Notes under the pieces: generated by a model | The model's database searches: none | What the model was told of the DNA's origin: nothing | The model's input: the letters and a program-made list of their open reading frames with translations, nothing else | Origin: Myxococcales bacterium | GTDB taxonomy: Bacteria > Myxococcota_A > Polyangia > Polyangiales > DASUME01 | DNA length: 64,000 nucleotides | Reading direction: 5' to 3' | NCBI GenBank assembly: GCA_047601445.1 | Contig: JASGJH010000001.1 | Coordinates: 4,320,001 to 4,384,000, forward strand | In this document: positions 20,757 to 31,400 of the stretch, in pieces | Layout: each line of letters starts with the position of its first letter | Position numbering within the stretch: the first letter of the stretch is position 1 | Made by a program: the position numbers and the translations under genes

Positions 20757-21431
20757 TCAGAAGAAGCCGCTGATGCCTATTTTGGGGCCCATCGCGCCGA
20801 GCTCGGCGCGCATCGCCACATGGTCCGAGAAGTTGTAGAAGAGACCGGCCGCCACGTCCCAGTAGAAGAAGCCGTTGTCGATGCCGTCGTTGACACCGCC
20901 GAAGTCGTCTTCGTTGAGCCAAATACCGATGTCGTAGCCGAGGCCGATCGCACCGTAGGGGCGGAACTTCGGCGTAATGTGGAAGGACCACATGGCATAG
21001 ATGGCCGGCGTGATGTCGAGGTACTTCACGCGGTCGTCCACGAACGCATAGCCGCGGCTGCGGTAGCCGACGGAGATGCTCGGCTCGAGCGAGATCTGGT
21101 CGTTGATCGACGGGATGAAGCCGTCCTTCACGATGGGGATCTCGACGCGCGCGTTCACTCCGATACCGACACCCATGTACCAGGGGATGTAGGCCATGGC
21201 GCTGATGCCGATTGGCCGCGATTCGTGGATGCTGCGATCCTTGATCGTGCCTTCCTTGCCGGGTTCGACTGCCGCTGTGGTCGCGGTCGTGGTCGACGCC
21301 TCGGGGGCCGCGCTGGCTTCGATGGTCTCACTATTCTCGGCCTGTCCTGCCTCACCGGCCGCGGGCGTCTCCTGGGCCAATGCAGAGCCCGACAGCAACG
21401 ACAGAGCGATCAAAACTCCCACGCGACTCAT
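20757..21431 (-). CDS. Outer-membrane beta-barrel protein
   Basis: Signal peptide; amphipathic strands (RPYGAIGLGY); terminal Phe. Confidence 0.75.
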   Translation of the reverse strand: MSRVGVLIALSLLSGSALAQETPAAGEAGQAENSETIEASAAPEASTTTATTAAVEPGKEGTIKDRSIHESRPIGISAMAYIPWYMGVGIGVNARVEIPIVKDGFIPSINDQISLEPSISVGYRSRGYAFVDDRVKYLDITPAIYAMWSFHITPKFRPYGAIGLGYDIGIWLNEDDFGGVNDGIDNGFFYWDVAAGLFYNFSDHVAMRAELGAMGPKIGISGFF

Positions 21432-21543
21432 CTTCAGAAGCCTCCTCCTGCACTGCTCGCCGAGCTGGCGAACGTTCAGCGCATGCGAAACCGACGCGTG
21501 TGGAGGGCGACCATTCTGTGCGTTTAGGGTGACGCAGTGCCCT

Positions 21544-22125
21544 TTAGAAGCTGCCCGTGAAGGCCAGGCTCAACGGCATGCTCGCACCTGCGCCATTCGG
21601 CCCCGAACCGTCCTCTGCGCGTCGGGCCGACAGGTTGTGAAAGCCGACGCTCGCGCCGACCATCGATCCGGCGATGGCGATCACCGCAAGATAGGGGGCC
21701 ATGCCCTCCAGCCGCTTTCGCTGTTTTTCGGGGCGATGGTAGAGCTTAAGCGCGCCTGCCACGAGGGCGCTACCAACGAAGCCACCGAGCGCGGCGCCTC
21801 CCAGAGCAGCTCCGAAGGCCCCTTTGTCGTCGTAGCCTCGCCCGACGCCGTCGACGATGCCCGCCGTCACCAGCGTGCCTGCTCCCAGCACGATCGCCCC
21901 CATCGACCAGAAGAGCCCGTTGTGGTCGTCGATTGCGACGGCGGAGAACGCAGTCACCCCAAAGGCAGTCACGGCTGCCAGGGGCAGTGCAGCTACCGTC
22001 TTGACCGCAGTGCTCGTGGCGTCAGGAGCTTCGGCGCGCGCAGGCATGCTCAGGGCGAGGGCCAGCGCGAAGGCGAGGGAGAATCGACGCATGCGGCTTG
22101 GCGAGAGCATGGGTACTGCGAGCAT
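21544..22125 (-). CDS. Hypothetical membrane/secreted protein
   Basis: Signal peptide, Gly-zipper hydrophobic segments, C-terminal TGSF. Confidence 0.6.
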   Translation of the reverse strand: MLAVPMLSPSRMRRFSLAFALALALSMPARAEAPDATSTAVKTVAALPLAAVTAFGVTAFSAVAIDDHNGLFWSMGAIVLGAGTLVTAGIVDGVGRGYDDKGAFGAALGGAALGGFVGSALVAGALKLYHRPEKQRKRLEGMAPYLAVIAIAGSMVGASVGFHNLSARRAEDGSGPNGAGASMPLSLAFTGSF

Positions 22126-22248
22126 GCAGCGGGCTTTAGCACTCGCTTCGTCGACGACGAAGCACGCGTCACCCCGAACAAGGGACCACGAATCTGTGGC
22201 TCACCAAGCTCTCCGCAACTGCAGCGCTTCCCTGACGGTCCAGGGTCC

Positions 22249-23088
22249 CTAGCGAAGAGGCGAGCGCGTGACTGGCGCCAAGCGGTCGAGCAGCGCAAGA
22301 CACCGCGGTCCGAGCTCCCCCGTGCTGTTGTCGACGGTCTTGATCGAACCCTCCGCGTCGTTCATCACGCAGCGCGGCTCTGCGCAGTGGTTGAGTCCTA
22401 GCATGTGCCCCACCTCGTGCACCGCGGTGGACACGACACGAAAGCGATAGAGCTCGGCGCGCGGGTTGCCTCGCCGCAACCGGAACGTCGAGATCACCGA
22501 GCTCGTGCCTCCGATCATGCCCAGGCCGAACACGCCCCAATCCTGATGCCGCCCCTTGGTTGTGCTGATATCCACCTCGGTCATCCCGAGCACACTCGTT
22601 TGCGCCGGCTGCTCGCGCTCGATCACGTGCAGCAGCTTTTCGGCTCGGTACCGCCTGCGAGGCGGATAGTACGCCTCCGCGGGCAGCGCGCGCCGCACCG
22701 TGGGCAGAACCTGCACCCGCAGCTCCCTCCGGAGCCCGGCTTCGATCTGGGGAATGACCTCTTCGGGGAAGTCGCCGAGGATCTCGAGTAGGACGTTCCG
22801 GCGCACCAGGTCGCCGCGGGCTGAGTCGTGAGCATCGTCTGGGTGTTCACGGGCGCGGTCCCCGAGTGCAGGGGGCATGATCTGCATCCCGGAGCGCCCT
22901 GGCTCGCTCGACTCGCCACTCGCTGGGCCCGGAGGCTCGGCGCGGGAACGAGCGCAGGCCCCCAACCCGAGGAGCCACAGGGCGAGCAGCGCGTGCAGAG
23001 GAGCCGAAGGAGGTCGAGGTGCCAAACGATGATGAGACACCGAGGCAGGCAAGAAGGTTCCCGGAAGCATGCCGTCTCGGCCGATCAC
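22249..23088 (-). CDS. Archaemetzincin-like (M54) zinc peptidase lipoprotein
   Basis: HEVGHMLGLNHC...CVM motif; lipobox LGAC. Start is uncertain. Confidence 0.85.
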   Translation of the reverse strand: MIGRDGMLPGTFLPASVSHHRLAPRPPSAPLHALLALWLLGLGACARSRAEPPGPASGESSEPGRSGMQIMPPALGDRAREHPDDAHDSARGDLVRRNVLLEILGDFPEEVIPQIEAGLRRELRVQVLPTVRRALPAEAYYPPRRRYRAEKLLHVIEREQPAQTSVLGMTEVDISTTKGRHQDWGVFGLGMIGGTSSVISTFRLRRGNPRAELYRFRVVSTAVHEVGHMLGLNHCAEPRCVMNDAEGSIKTVDNSTGELGPRCLALLDRLAPVTRSPLR

Positions 23089-23658
23089 CTAGCCGAATAG
23101 CGACGCGGCGCGGATCCTCTCCCACTCACCGCGGACCATGAACTTGCCCGGAATCAGGGCGAAGCCACCTCGCCGGACACCGCGCGCAAGGACGCGCTGC
23201 TCGACCCAGCGCTCGTCGAAGCCCGCCCATTCGCCCAAGCCGCTGAGCAAGTTCCCGATCAACACGGGGTGCAGCTCGCGATAGAGGATCTCTTCGGCCT
23301 GATCCAAGCTGTAGCCACTCCGCTGCAAGACCAGGGCAATGCGAGCGTGGTCAGCGCCATCGAGCTCCGTGTCCAGGTAGAGCTCCGACAGGGCGCTCCA
23401 AACGGGACGTCTGCGGTCGAGATCGCTGGCTGCATCGGGCAGACACTCGCTGCGACGCCGCCAGATTCCGGGGAACAGACCGATCGCCACCATCGGCGTC
23501 ATCACGAGTGCCATGCCGATCACGCCGAGCGCTTCCCAGGGGCGCAACCACAACCAGGCACACAGGCCGGCTCCGAGGGCCACCAACAGCATCCACGCCA
23601 ACACGCGGCGAGGGAGCGAAACGGGCTTGGTAGCTGCGGACGACGAGCTCGATTGCAT
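23089..23658 (-). CDS. Hypothetical protein: 2 TM helices plus a conserved soluble domain
   Basis: RRPVWSALSELYLDTEL...SGYSL...NLLS..GEWAGFD pattern. Confidence 0.7.
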   Translation of the reverse strand: MQSSSSSAATKPVSLPRRVLAWMLLVALGAGLCAWLWLRPWEALGVIGMALVMTPMVAIGLFPGIWRRRSECLPDAASDLDRRRPVWSALSELYLDTELDGADHARIALVLQRSGYSLDQAEEILYRELHPVLIGNLLSGLGEWAGFDERWVEQRVLARGVRRGGFALIPGKFMVRGEWERIRAASLFG

Positions 23659-24147
23659 GGGTCCAATGTGGAGGACGTAAACTGGTTACACAACCAATCT
23701 ATCTGCTCATCAGCTTCCCGATCTTTCCGGCCCCGATTCGGCGCCCTTCGCAGAGCGCAAAAATGCCCTCCAAGCTCTGAGGCGCACGCTGAAGCGTTGG
23801 CCGCCTACTTCCAGGTGGCAGGCGAACTTGTCGCCCTGAATCGATCGCGTCTTGCCCCTCTCGGCGGTCGAAAGTAGCCGGACAAATGCCATCGCGTGGG
23901 CCTTCATGAACATGGCGACGGACGTACCCGCCCTGATTCCGCGTCGACCTTTGGTGGTTAGACCACTCTCGTCCGCGCACGCAGTGCGTACGGTTTTTTG
24001 AAGTGCACCTGCTACGCGCTGGCACGAATGTCATTTCGGAGGTCGCGCCGGCAAATTGTGTCAGAACGGAGGGCTGAGAGCTCCACCCTAGTATCCACAC
24101 GCTTCGCGCTCGGAGGGGCTGCGCGACGCGGGGGAGGGGGAGCAGTC

Positions 24148-25197
24148 GTGTCGAACGTCGAGGCGGTCGAGCATCACTTATCCTTGGCCTTCGCCCGCGG
24201 CTTGATCGAAGCCGTCGAAGCTCTCGGGATCTCGCAGGAAGAGCTGCTGCGCGACACGCCGCTCACGGAAGCTGGGCTGGCCGTGAAGGGCGCCACCCAA
24301 CCTCTGCATGAGCTCGACAAACTGGTGGAGCGTGCGCTGGTGCTCACGGGCGATCCTGCGCTCGGCCTTCGCTGGTGGGATCGTGCAACTTTCAGCGCAT
24401 TCGGCGCCGTCGGGTCTGCACTCGCGGTGGCCGAAAACTACCGCGCCGCGCTGGAGCTGGTGGCTCGCTACTGGCCTCTCTATTCGAACGTCGAGCTCTT
24501 CTCGCTCTGTGACGAGTCTGATGTGTGCCGGCTCACCATGATCCACCACTCGGGGTCTGCGTTGGCGCATCGCGTGTACATGGAGTCGGTGGCTTTCGTC
24601 CTGAGGCGCTTGCTCCGCCAACACGCTGGTCTCTCGTCCGTTCCTCGCTGCATCAGCTTCGACTTTCCCGCGCCGCCACACGCACACCTGTACGAGCGGG
24701 TGCTCGATTGTCAGGTGATTTTCGACGCGCCAGCCACCGAGATCGTCGTCGAACAGGCGCATGCACTGCGGCCGCAGCCGAACTACGTGCCCGAGCTCGA
24801 AGCGCATTTGACTGCGTTCGCCGACGAACTGATGCAGCAACGCGGAATCGACGCGCTCGCCAGTAAGGTGCTCAAGCTGCTCCGTGCGACAGCGGATGCC
24901 CATCGCACCACGATGGAGGACGCCGCCGAGCAGCTTGGAATGAGCGAACGCACACTTCGCCGTCGTCTGCAGCTCGAAGGGACGTCCTATCCCGTGCTCG
25001 TGCAGCGCGTGCAGCGTGAGGTGGCAGAGGCCTTGCTGCTCGATCGGACTCGCTCGGTAAAGGAGATTGCGAACGTCCTGGGCTTCGCGAATTCCCGCGG
25101 ATTTCACCGTGCAGTTCAGCGCTGGACTGGCCGATCCCCGACGGCGCTGCGCGGAACCCACAGCTCGCATCCTTCATCGGCCAAAGCCGCCCGCTAG
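24148..25197 (+). CDS. AraC-family transcriptional regulator
   Basis: TGDPALGL N-domain; HTH LGMSERTLRRRL; LGFANSRGFHRAVQRWTGRSP. Confidence 0.92.
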   Translation: MSNVEAVEHHLSLAFARGLIEAVEALGISQEELLRDTPLTEAGLAVKGATQPLHELDKLVERALVLTGDPALGLRWWDRATFSAFGAVGSALAVAENYRAALELVARYWPLYSNVELFSLCDESDVCRLTMIHHSGSALAHRVYMESVAFVLRRLLRQHAGLSSVPRCISFDFPAPPHAHLYERVLDCQVIFDAPATEIVVEQAHALRPQPNYVPELEAHLTAFADELMQQRGIDALASKVLKLLRATADAHRTTMEDAAEQLGMSERTLRRRLQLEGTSYPVLVQRVQREVAEALLLDRTRSVKEIANVLGFANSRGFHRAVQRWTGRSPTALRGTHSSHPSSAKAAR

Positions 25198-25346
25198 CAG
25201 CACATGTCCGTCGACGGACAAAGCAGGTCCTGCCACGGAACGTCATTGAGCTGGCGCAAAGCGTAAGGCTAAGTGGGACCGGGCGGCTTCAACGCACGGC
25301 TCTGGCGTTCCTTGCGAGCTCGAGCGTGGCCGCAACAGGGAAAGCG

Positions 25347-26804
25347 ATGTCGATGCGTAGCTCCTCCTTCTTGGCTTCAGTGTGTCTGGCCGCGACCCTC
25401 CAAGGATGCGCTGAGCCCGCGACCGGCTATCGGCCTGGTTTCAGCGGCGATGGCGACGCCGTTACCCATGGTGATGGGGACGCATCGGCGGCGGATCCAG
25501 AGGAAGGCGACGGCGACGGCGATGGCGACCGCGTTAGCCCCAAGCCGGCCAAGGGTGACGGCGACGGCGATGGCGACGCGACCGGAGATGGGGACGGGGA
25601 CGGAGACGGGGACGGCGATAGCGGCACACCGGGCGACGGCGATGCGGGCGAAGACTTGCCGACCGACGGCTCCTTGCCCAAGGGCGTGCCCGCTGACAAC
25701 GGCTGGACCTGGGTGGAGATGAAAGCCTCCAAGTGTCGCAACGGATCGCCTGCCGGATACTTCTACCGCAAAGGCACCGAGAACTCGCTGATGATCTTCC
25801 TCAATGGAGGCGGCGCGTGCGCGGACAAGTTCTTCTGCAGTCTGAACCCCGTCGACGTGAACCACGACTTGCCGATCGAGTATCTCTCGCATGGCGCCCC
25901 GGATCTTCTCTTCGGCGTGCGCGAGCAGCGTCAGCAGGCCCCAGAATCCGGCATCTTCAAGCGCAGTGATGCTACGAACCCCGTGGCCAAGTGGAACATG
26001 GTCTTCGTCCCGTATTGCACGGGAGACATCCACTCGGGCAGTCGCAAGGACGTGACGGTCAAGGACGTGCCCGGCACCCAGCAGTTCGTCGGCTACCTCA
26101 ACTACGGGCTCTTCCTGAACAGCTTCGGGCCAACCTTCAAGGACTCGGACAAGGTGCTCTTGACGGGTTCCAGCGCGGGCGGCTTCGGTGCGCTCTTCAA
26201 TGGCGACCGCACCATCGAGTACTTCGAGAAGGACAGCGGCCAAAAGAAGGTCTTCATCATCAGCGATTCGGGCGTGCCATTTCAAGACACGTACATGGCG
26301 GCGTGCTTGCAAAAGCGCTGGCGTGATTACTGGGGATTGAACGACGCCCTGCCCAAGGATTGCGCAGCTTGCTTCAACGCGGATGGCGGCGGCATCGTGA
26401 AGGGCTACGGAACCTACCTCTTCAACGAAAAGTACGCGGGTCGCATGCTCGGAGGATTCGTCTCGTCACAGAAGGACGAGATCATCCGCGGCTTCTACTC
26501 GCCGGGCCTCAGCGCCAAGGCCGGACAGCCCGACGACTGCACCCTGGATCCCACCTGGGAGACCATCCAGGTGGCGGTCATCGGCGGCGCCCGCTACGAC
26601 GGCGACAAGTTCAAGGCAGGCCTCAAAGACGTGATCGACAACGTGGTTGGCCAAGGCAAGGTGGCGACGTACACGATTCCCGAGACGCCCCATATGCACC
26701 TCTGGCGCGACCGCTACTATCAAGAGAACGGCAACGGCCAGACCATCGCGGCGTGGGTCAAAGACGTGCTCGACGGGAAGGCCACCAAGAGCGGCGAGCT
26801 CTGA
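25347..26804 (+). CDS. Pectinacetylesterase-family hydrolase lipoprotein with a Gly-Asp repeat linker
   Basis: Lipobox LQGC, CRNGSPAG, FLNGGGAC, VPYCTGD, LTGSSAGG. Confidence 0.88.
   Translation: MSMRSSSFLASVCLAATLQGCAEPATGYRPGFSGDGDAVTHGDGDASAADPEEGDGDGDGDRVSPKPAKGDGDGDGDATGDGDGDGDGDGDSGTPGDGDAGEDLPTDGSLPKGVPADNGWTWVEMKASKCRNGSPAGYFYRKGTENSLMIFLNGGGACADKFFCSLNPVDVNHDLPIEYLSHGAPDLLFGVREQRQQAPESGIFKRSDATNPVAKWNMVFVPYCTGDIHSGSRKDVTVKDVPGTQQFVGYLNYGLFLNSFGPTFKDSDKVLLTGSSAGGFGALFNGDRTIEYFEKDSGQKKVFIISDSGVPFQDTYMAACLQKRWRDYWGLNDALPKDCAACFNADGGGIVKGYGTYLFNEKYAGRMLGGFVSSQKDEIIRGFYSPGLSAKAGQPDDCTLDPTWETIQVAVIGGARYDGDKFKAGLKDVIDNVVGQGKVATYTIPETPHMHLWRDRYYQENGNGQTIAAWVKDVLDGKATKSGEL
25446..25645 (+). 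repeat. Low-complexity (GD)n coding repeats
   Basis: GGCGAC/GGGGAC hexamer runs encoding GDGDGD within the esterase N-terminal linker. Confidence 0.8.
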
Positions 26805-26823
26805 CACTGCCGGCGTGCGAAGG

Positions 26824-27495
26824 TTAGCGCGTCACCTCGAGCGCTCCCAGAGCTTCCCCAAACTGCGCCCGCAGACTCGCACCGGGGGCGAGGGGCAGCG
26901 GTTCCACGAACGAGCCGCACAGGATGACTTGCCCACGCGCCAGCTGTCCTCCCGCGGCGACCACCTGGCGAACCACCAAACTTACGGCCTCGAGGGGATC
27001 CTGGGGAACCGTGTCGTCGCGTTTCGCGCTCCTCGCTCCATCCGAACTCACCAAGCTCGGGCACTCGCGCGGCAATCCACGGAACTCGTCGGCCGGGTGC
27101 ACCTGCCCCATGACGAAGCCCACATGGAAGAAAGAATGCTGCAGCATGCCCGCGAGGTCTCCGCGCGGCAGCGCGTAGTCCACCACTTCCAGGCAGGCTG
27201 CGTATCCCGCCACATAGCCTCGGAGCTCGCTGGCCGAGAGCTCCGCTCCAACATCCTTTCCGAGCAGCACCGCTAGCTCCGCCTCGACGTGGGGCCGACG
27301 GTCCGCAGCGAACTGGAGCGCTTCACTCGACCCCTGCATCGCAGCACGCGTCAGAGGCGCGACCAACGAGTGCTTCAACCCCAGCTTGCGCTGCACCTCG
27401 GGGAAGTTGATCGCCACCTTCCACCCGACGATGATCTCGCCGCGATTTTCTAGATCTGCGATGAGTTTCGCGAGCGCTACGCGGTACTCGGTCAT
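26824..27495 (-). CDS. 2-keto-4-pentenoate hydratase-like (fumarylacetoacetate hydrolase family) protein
   Basis: VGWKVA, VEAELA, CLEVVD, GQVILCGS. Confidence 0.8.
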   Translation of the reverse strand: MTEYRVALAKLIADLENRGEIIVGWKVAINFPEVQRKLGLKHSLVAPLTRAAMQGSSEALQFAADRRPHVEAELAVLLGKDVGAELSASELRGYVAGYAACLEVVDYALPRGDLAGMLQHSFFHVGFVMGQVHPADEFRGLPRECPSLVSSDGARSAKRDDTVPQDPLEAVSLVVRQVVAAGGQLARGQVILCGSFVEPLPLAPGASLRAQFGEALGALEVTR

Positions 27496-27558
27496 GGGCG
27501 CCTCTGCGTTGGTTGGGAACTATCCACGGCGCCGCAGCGCCGACCGTTGCTCGAACCC

Positions 27559-28287
27559 CTACGGCTCGGAGTCGCTTGGTCCTAGTAGCCCTGCCGCAGG
27601 GCCGGCGGCTCTTCGAGGGCCCCTCGCTGGCTTCGTCGTCTTGGGCTCATCCATCTTGGTCTCGCCCATGGTCGCTTCCACTGGCAGCATGGCGATGTCG
27701 GATTCACCCGTATTTTCTGGTCCGTCGAAGCTGGGAAGCTCGGGCACGTTCTCTGGCGCACTCTCACTCGCACAATCCACGAACCGGGCGATTGCGTACT
27801 TCTCGCAGGCGTTGCGCACCGAAGAGTCCAACAGGGACAGCTGAGCCTGCACCTTGTCGCCAGTCGTCCAGTGGCGATCGGCGCGCATGAGTCTGCTGTT
27901 GAGCTCTGCCAGATCGGGCAACGTCTTTGGCAACACGGACACCACCGCACCCACCGCTCCCGCCACGCCGGCCACTCGCCTCAAGGAGATCTTGTCGAGG
28001 AACCCAGCCAACGCGCTACCAATCGCGGCGAGCGCGGCCCCCGCGATGAGATAGATGTTCGCCAAGCTCTCGGTCTCCCGGATCTCGGCCTTGATGTCGG
28101 CAATACGGGCCTTGCAGCCGGTTGCCCGGTGCTCGACCTCGGCCGTGGAGGCATCGTCGGCGCGGGCGTAGTGACACGGCAGCAAGGCGGCCACCGCGAG
28201 GAAGGTGGCGAGGCCAAGGGTTGCGAGGACCTGTCCAACAAAGGCAGCGATTGGGCCACTGGACTCGGGTCGACCGTGAAGGCTCAT
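27559..28287 (-). CDS. Hypothetical protein with signal peptide and 2-TM hairpin
   Basis: Coiled coil followed by two hydrophobic helices. Start is uncertain. Confidence 0.55.
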   Translation of the reverse strand: MSLHGRPESSGPIAAFVGQVLATLGLATFLAVAALLPCHYARADDASTAEVEHRATGCKARIADIKAEIRETESLANIYLIAGAALAAIGSALAGFLDKISLRRVAGVAGAVGAVVSVLPKTLPDLAELNSRLMRADRHWTTGDKVQAQLSLLDSSVRNACEKYAIARFVDCASESAPENVPELPSFDGPENTGESDIAMLPVEATMGETKMDEPKTTKPARGPRRAAGPAAGLLGPSDSEP

Positions 28288-28490
28288 GGCCTGTGATAGT
28301 GCCGAAGGGCACCGGGCTGTCAAGATGGAGACAATGGGCAGACTCGCAGCCGAGAACGCTTCACGGCACCGCGGTCTAACTCGAGCTGTTCGCTCCCCAG
28401 TAGGTCACCCGCCCGTGGATGCACGCGGCGCTCGTGGTGCCTTTGGGACGCGCCGTGCCGCCCGAAGCTGGGCCTCTACGAGGCCCTCCG

Positions 28491-31400
28491 CTATCCCTGG
28501 ACTTTTCGAGGTTCGGACCTGCGGAATGCCTGCAGTGCAGCGCACACAATGTCCTGGGTGTCCTCCCCCAGTGTCAGCAGCGGTGCGCCGCCCTCCGCCA
28601 GCACTGCAGCTCCGACGAGTCCGTGCTTGGAAACCAGGGGAAGCCAGCGATAGCGGCGCTTGCCGAGCGGGAGCAGATTCTCGCTGACGGGATGGTCCAC
28701 ATCTCTCCCCCGCCTCTGTGCACATCCACGTGCCCACAGCTCGACCTGAGCGGGCATCTCCGAGCCTTTGGTGGTAGCTACCAGGCGCAGCTCGGCACCT
28801 TCGACCAGGAACAGATAGCCTTCCTCCTCTGAGCCCGCGCGATGCACGAGCACGGACAATGCGCGCCCCGCGCATTCGGCCAGCGTTCGGCTCTCGGTGA
28901 GCATCTCACGCACGCTGGCCCCCAGTGCGATCCTGACCGTGCCGCTGTCATCCAGTGCGCCCGCCGCCAGTTCACGCGCGTCGCGACCTTCTTCGATCAG
29001 CCGCTCGCAGCGCTGGATAAGGCTCGGTTGCGCCGTCGGGACGTACCAGGCGCGCATCGCGCGCGCATGCTCCCGATAGGCTTCGCGCTCGCCGGCCAAC
29101 AACGCCACCTGGGCACGGGCCTCGTGAAGGGCACCGAGCGTGAGTGGGTTCTCATTCGGAGCGTAGCGCTCGAGCAGTGCCTCGAGCTGCCGCGCCGCGG
29201 GTTCCACGCGGCCCAGCCCTGCCTCCGCAAGTGCCAGCTCAACGGGCAGGTTGAGGTTCATCGCGGTGAACTCGAGATCTTCGGGCGCCATCTCGGACAG
29301 CGCCCGCATGCAGATAGCGCGCGCGCGCGCATGCTCTCCAAGGGCATTGCACGCTCTCGCCATACACCCCTGCGAGCGCGCCCAGCCCACTACCGAAAGA
29401 GGCTCTTCAGGTTGCTCCTCGAGGGACTGGAGAGCGTGAACATGGTCGCCTCGCAACAGCAGATAGGCGCCCTCGGCTCGACGCGCCAGAAGCTGCATGG
29501 ACGGGACCTCCTCCGCCAGATGCTGGAGCTCCTGCACCGTCCGCTTCATCCCAATCAGGTCATCGGTCCGCATGTACACGGGGATGTTGGCTGCCGGCGC
29601 CCAAGTCTCCACTTGCCAAGCCGTCCCGTTCCGAATCGCGTGCTCCTCCACCTTCTTGGCGCACTGTTCGGCCAAGCGAAAGTTGCCGCGATGCGCGTAG
29701 TAGAGGGTCCGTAGGCGGTTTGCGAACGTGGCGTAGAGCTGCGCGTGCAGCGCGTCGAGTTCGGCCGCGTGCGCGAGCACGGCGGGTCCGGCGCCGTCGC
29801 GCCATGACTCGAGGGTGCCACAAGCATAGAGTCCGCCTGCTAGGAATTCGCGCTGCGACGCCTCGTCCAGTCCCCGAATGCGGGTGCTCTGCAACACGCT
29901 GAGAAGGGCACGATGCCTGAGGTGGGCGCTGTGCTGCCGATCTCGGATCACTTCGGCGAGGCCTTGACAGTACCGATATATGTAGTTCGCGCTATGTCGA
30001 GAGCCCAGTCCGGACAGCGGGCGCAATGTGTCGGCGCAGCGCGCGGCCCCATCGGGATCAATGCAAATGGCATGCACGCCCGTGAGCTGCGTAACAGCCT
30101 CGAACAGCAGACGCATGGCGTCCACGAAGCTCGGGACCCGCGGATTCCTCCTGCGCACCCAAAACCCAGCACATGCCACCGCGGCGCCAATCACCGCGCT
30201 AAGCCACGCGCCGAGCCAAGGACGAAGCGACCTCATGAGGTCGAGTCGCAGGCAGCCCGAGAGCAGCTTCAGCGTGTGATCTCCATAGCGGTCCGCCCAG
30301 CGACGGTCCACGAAGTAGCCGGCCGCCGTAAGACGCGCCAGTGGCCAGATCAACTCATGGGACTCATACCCTGCCTCGCGAAATTCCCCAAAGGCATTTT
30401 CCAGCTCGGGTCCCAGCGTCACGTAGGCATCGGGGCCCCGCGCCGTCTTGCAGGCCTTGACTACCCACTCGCTGCCGCGTGGCCGCTCCCCTCCGCGCAT
30501 CAGGTGGACGCCCGCGACCAAGAGCTCGAGCGGCGTCGGGTCCTCGCGCCCCCCGAGCACGCGCCCAAAACAGCGATGGGCGCGACGGGCGCTCCGAGCC
30601 TCTAGCTCTGACCATAGCGCTGCGCGTAGCTCCTCGTTGCAGAAGCGGTAGCCAAGCGGCGAGCCGCTCAGGATTCCAGCCTGGGTGAGCCCCTCAAGGG
30701 CCGAGAACGCGTCGCCCGATTCATTGGACAGCGCGGTGCATACTTCGAGCGGAATACCGCCGGAATGCACGCTGAGCAGCCGCCCGAACGCGCGCTCCGC
30801 AGCGCCAAGTCGGTCCAGGCGACGCTGCTCGAGCTCCAGGCGGGTCGCAGGCAGCAAGACACGTGACACATCGTGGGGGATGACCCAGGTCCCCTCCAGA
30901 TAGCGGATCACTTTGCTCTGAACGAGCACGTCGCACAGCTCGAGGGCGTGACCCGGATTGCCTTCGCTCAAGCTGTGGAGGTGAGCTGCAAGCCTGGCGA
31001 GGTAGGGGACTCGTCCAAACACGGAGGTCAGGAGCTGCTCGAGTTCCTCCACGCGCAAGGCCGGCAGCTCACAGCGTCGCGCGCGCTGTCGAAACATCTC
31101 GGCCGTGAAGGTCGCTGCCTTGGCCCGGCCGCTCGAACGTGCAGCCACGATCATGAGGGGAAGGGAGGCGGCCTCGAGCGACAGTGACGTGAGCCAAGCG
31201 GCGGACGGCTCGTCGAGCGCGTCGAAGTCGTCCACCAACAGCACGAGAGGACGACGCTGCATGACCGCCACGAACCAGTCGTGGAGCGCAGCTTGGATTT
31301 GAGCGCGGCTCTCGCGTGCCTCGACCTCGATCGGCCGTTCTGTGGCCGGGATCAGCCGGGCGCGGAGGCGGGGCGACGCGAGCGCAAGAGTTCCTCGATA

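Noticed and set aside
25446..25645. GDGDGD repeats as a separate element or peptide precursor
   Set aside because: Ordinary low-complexity linker inside a secreted esterase.
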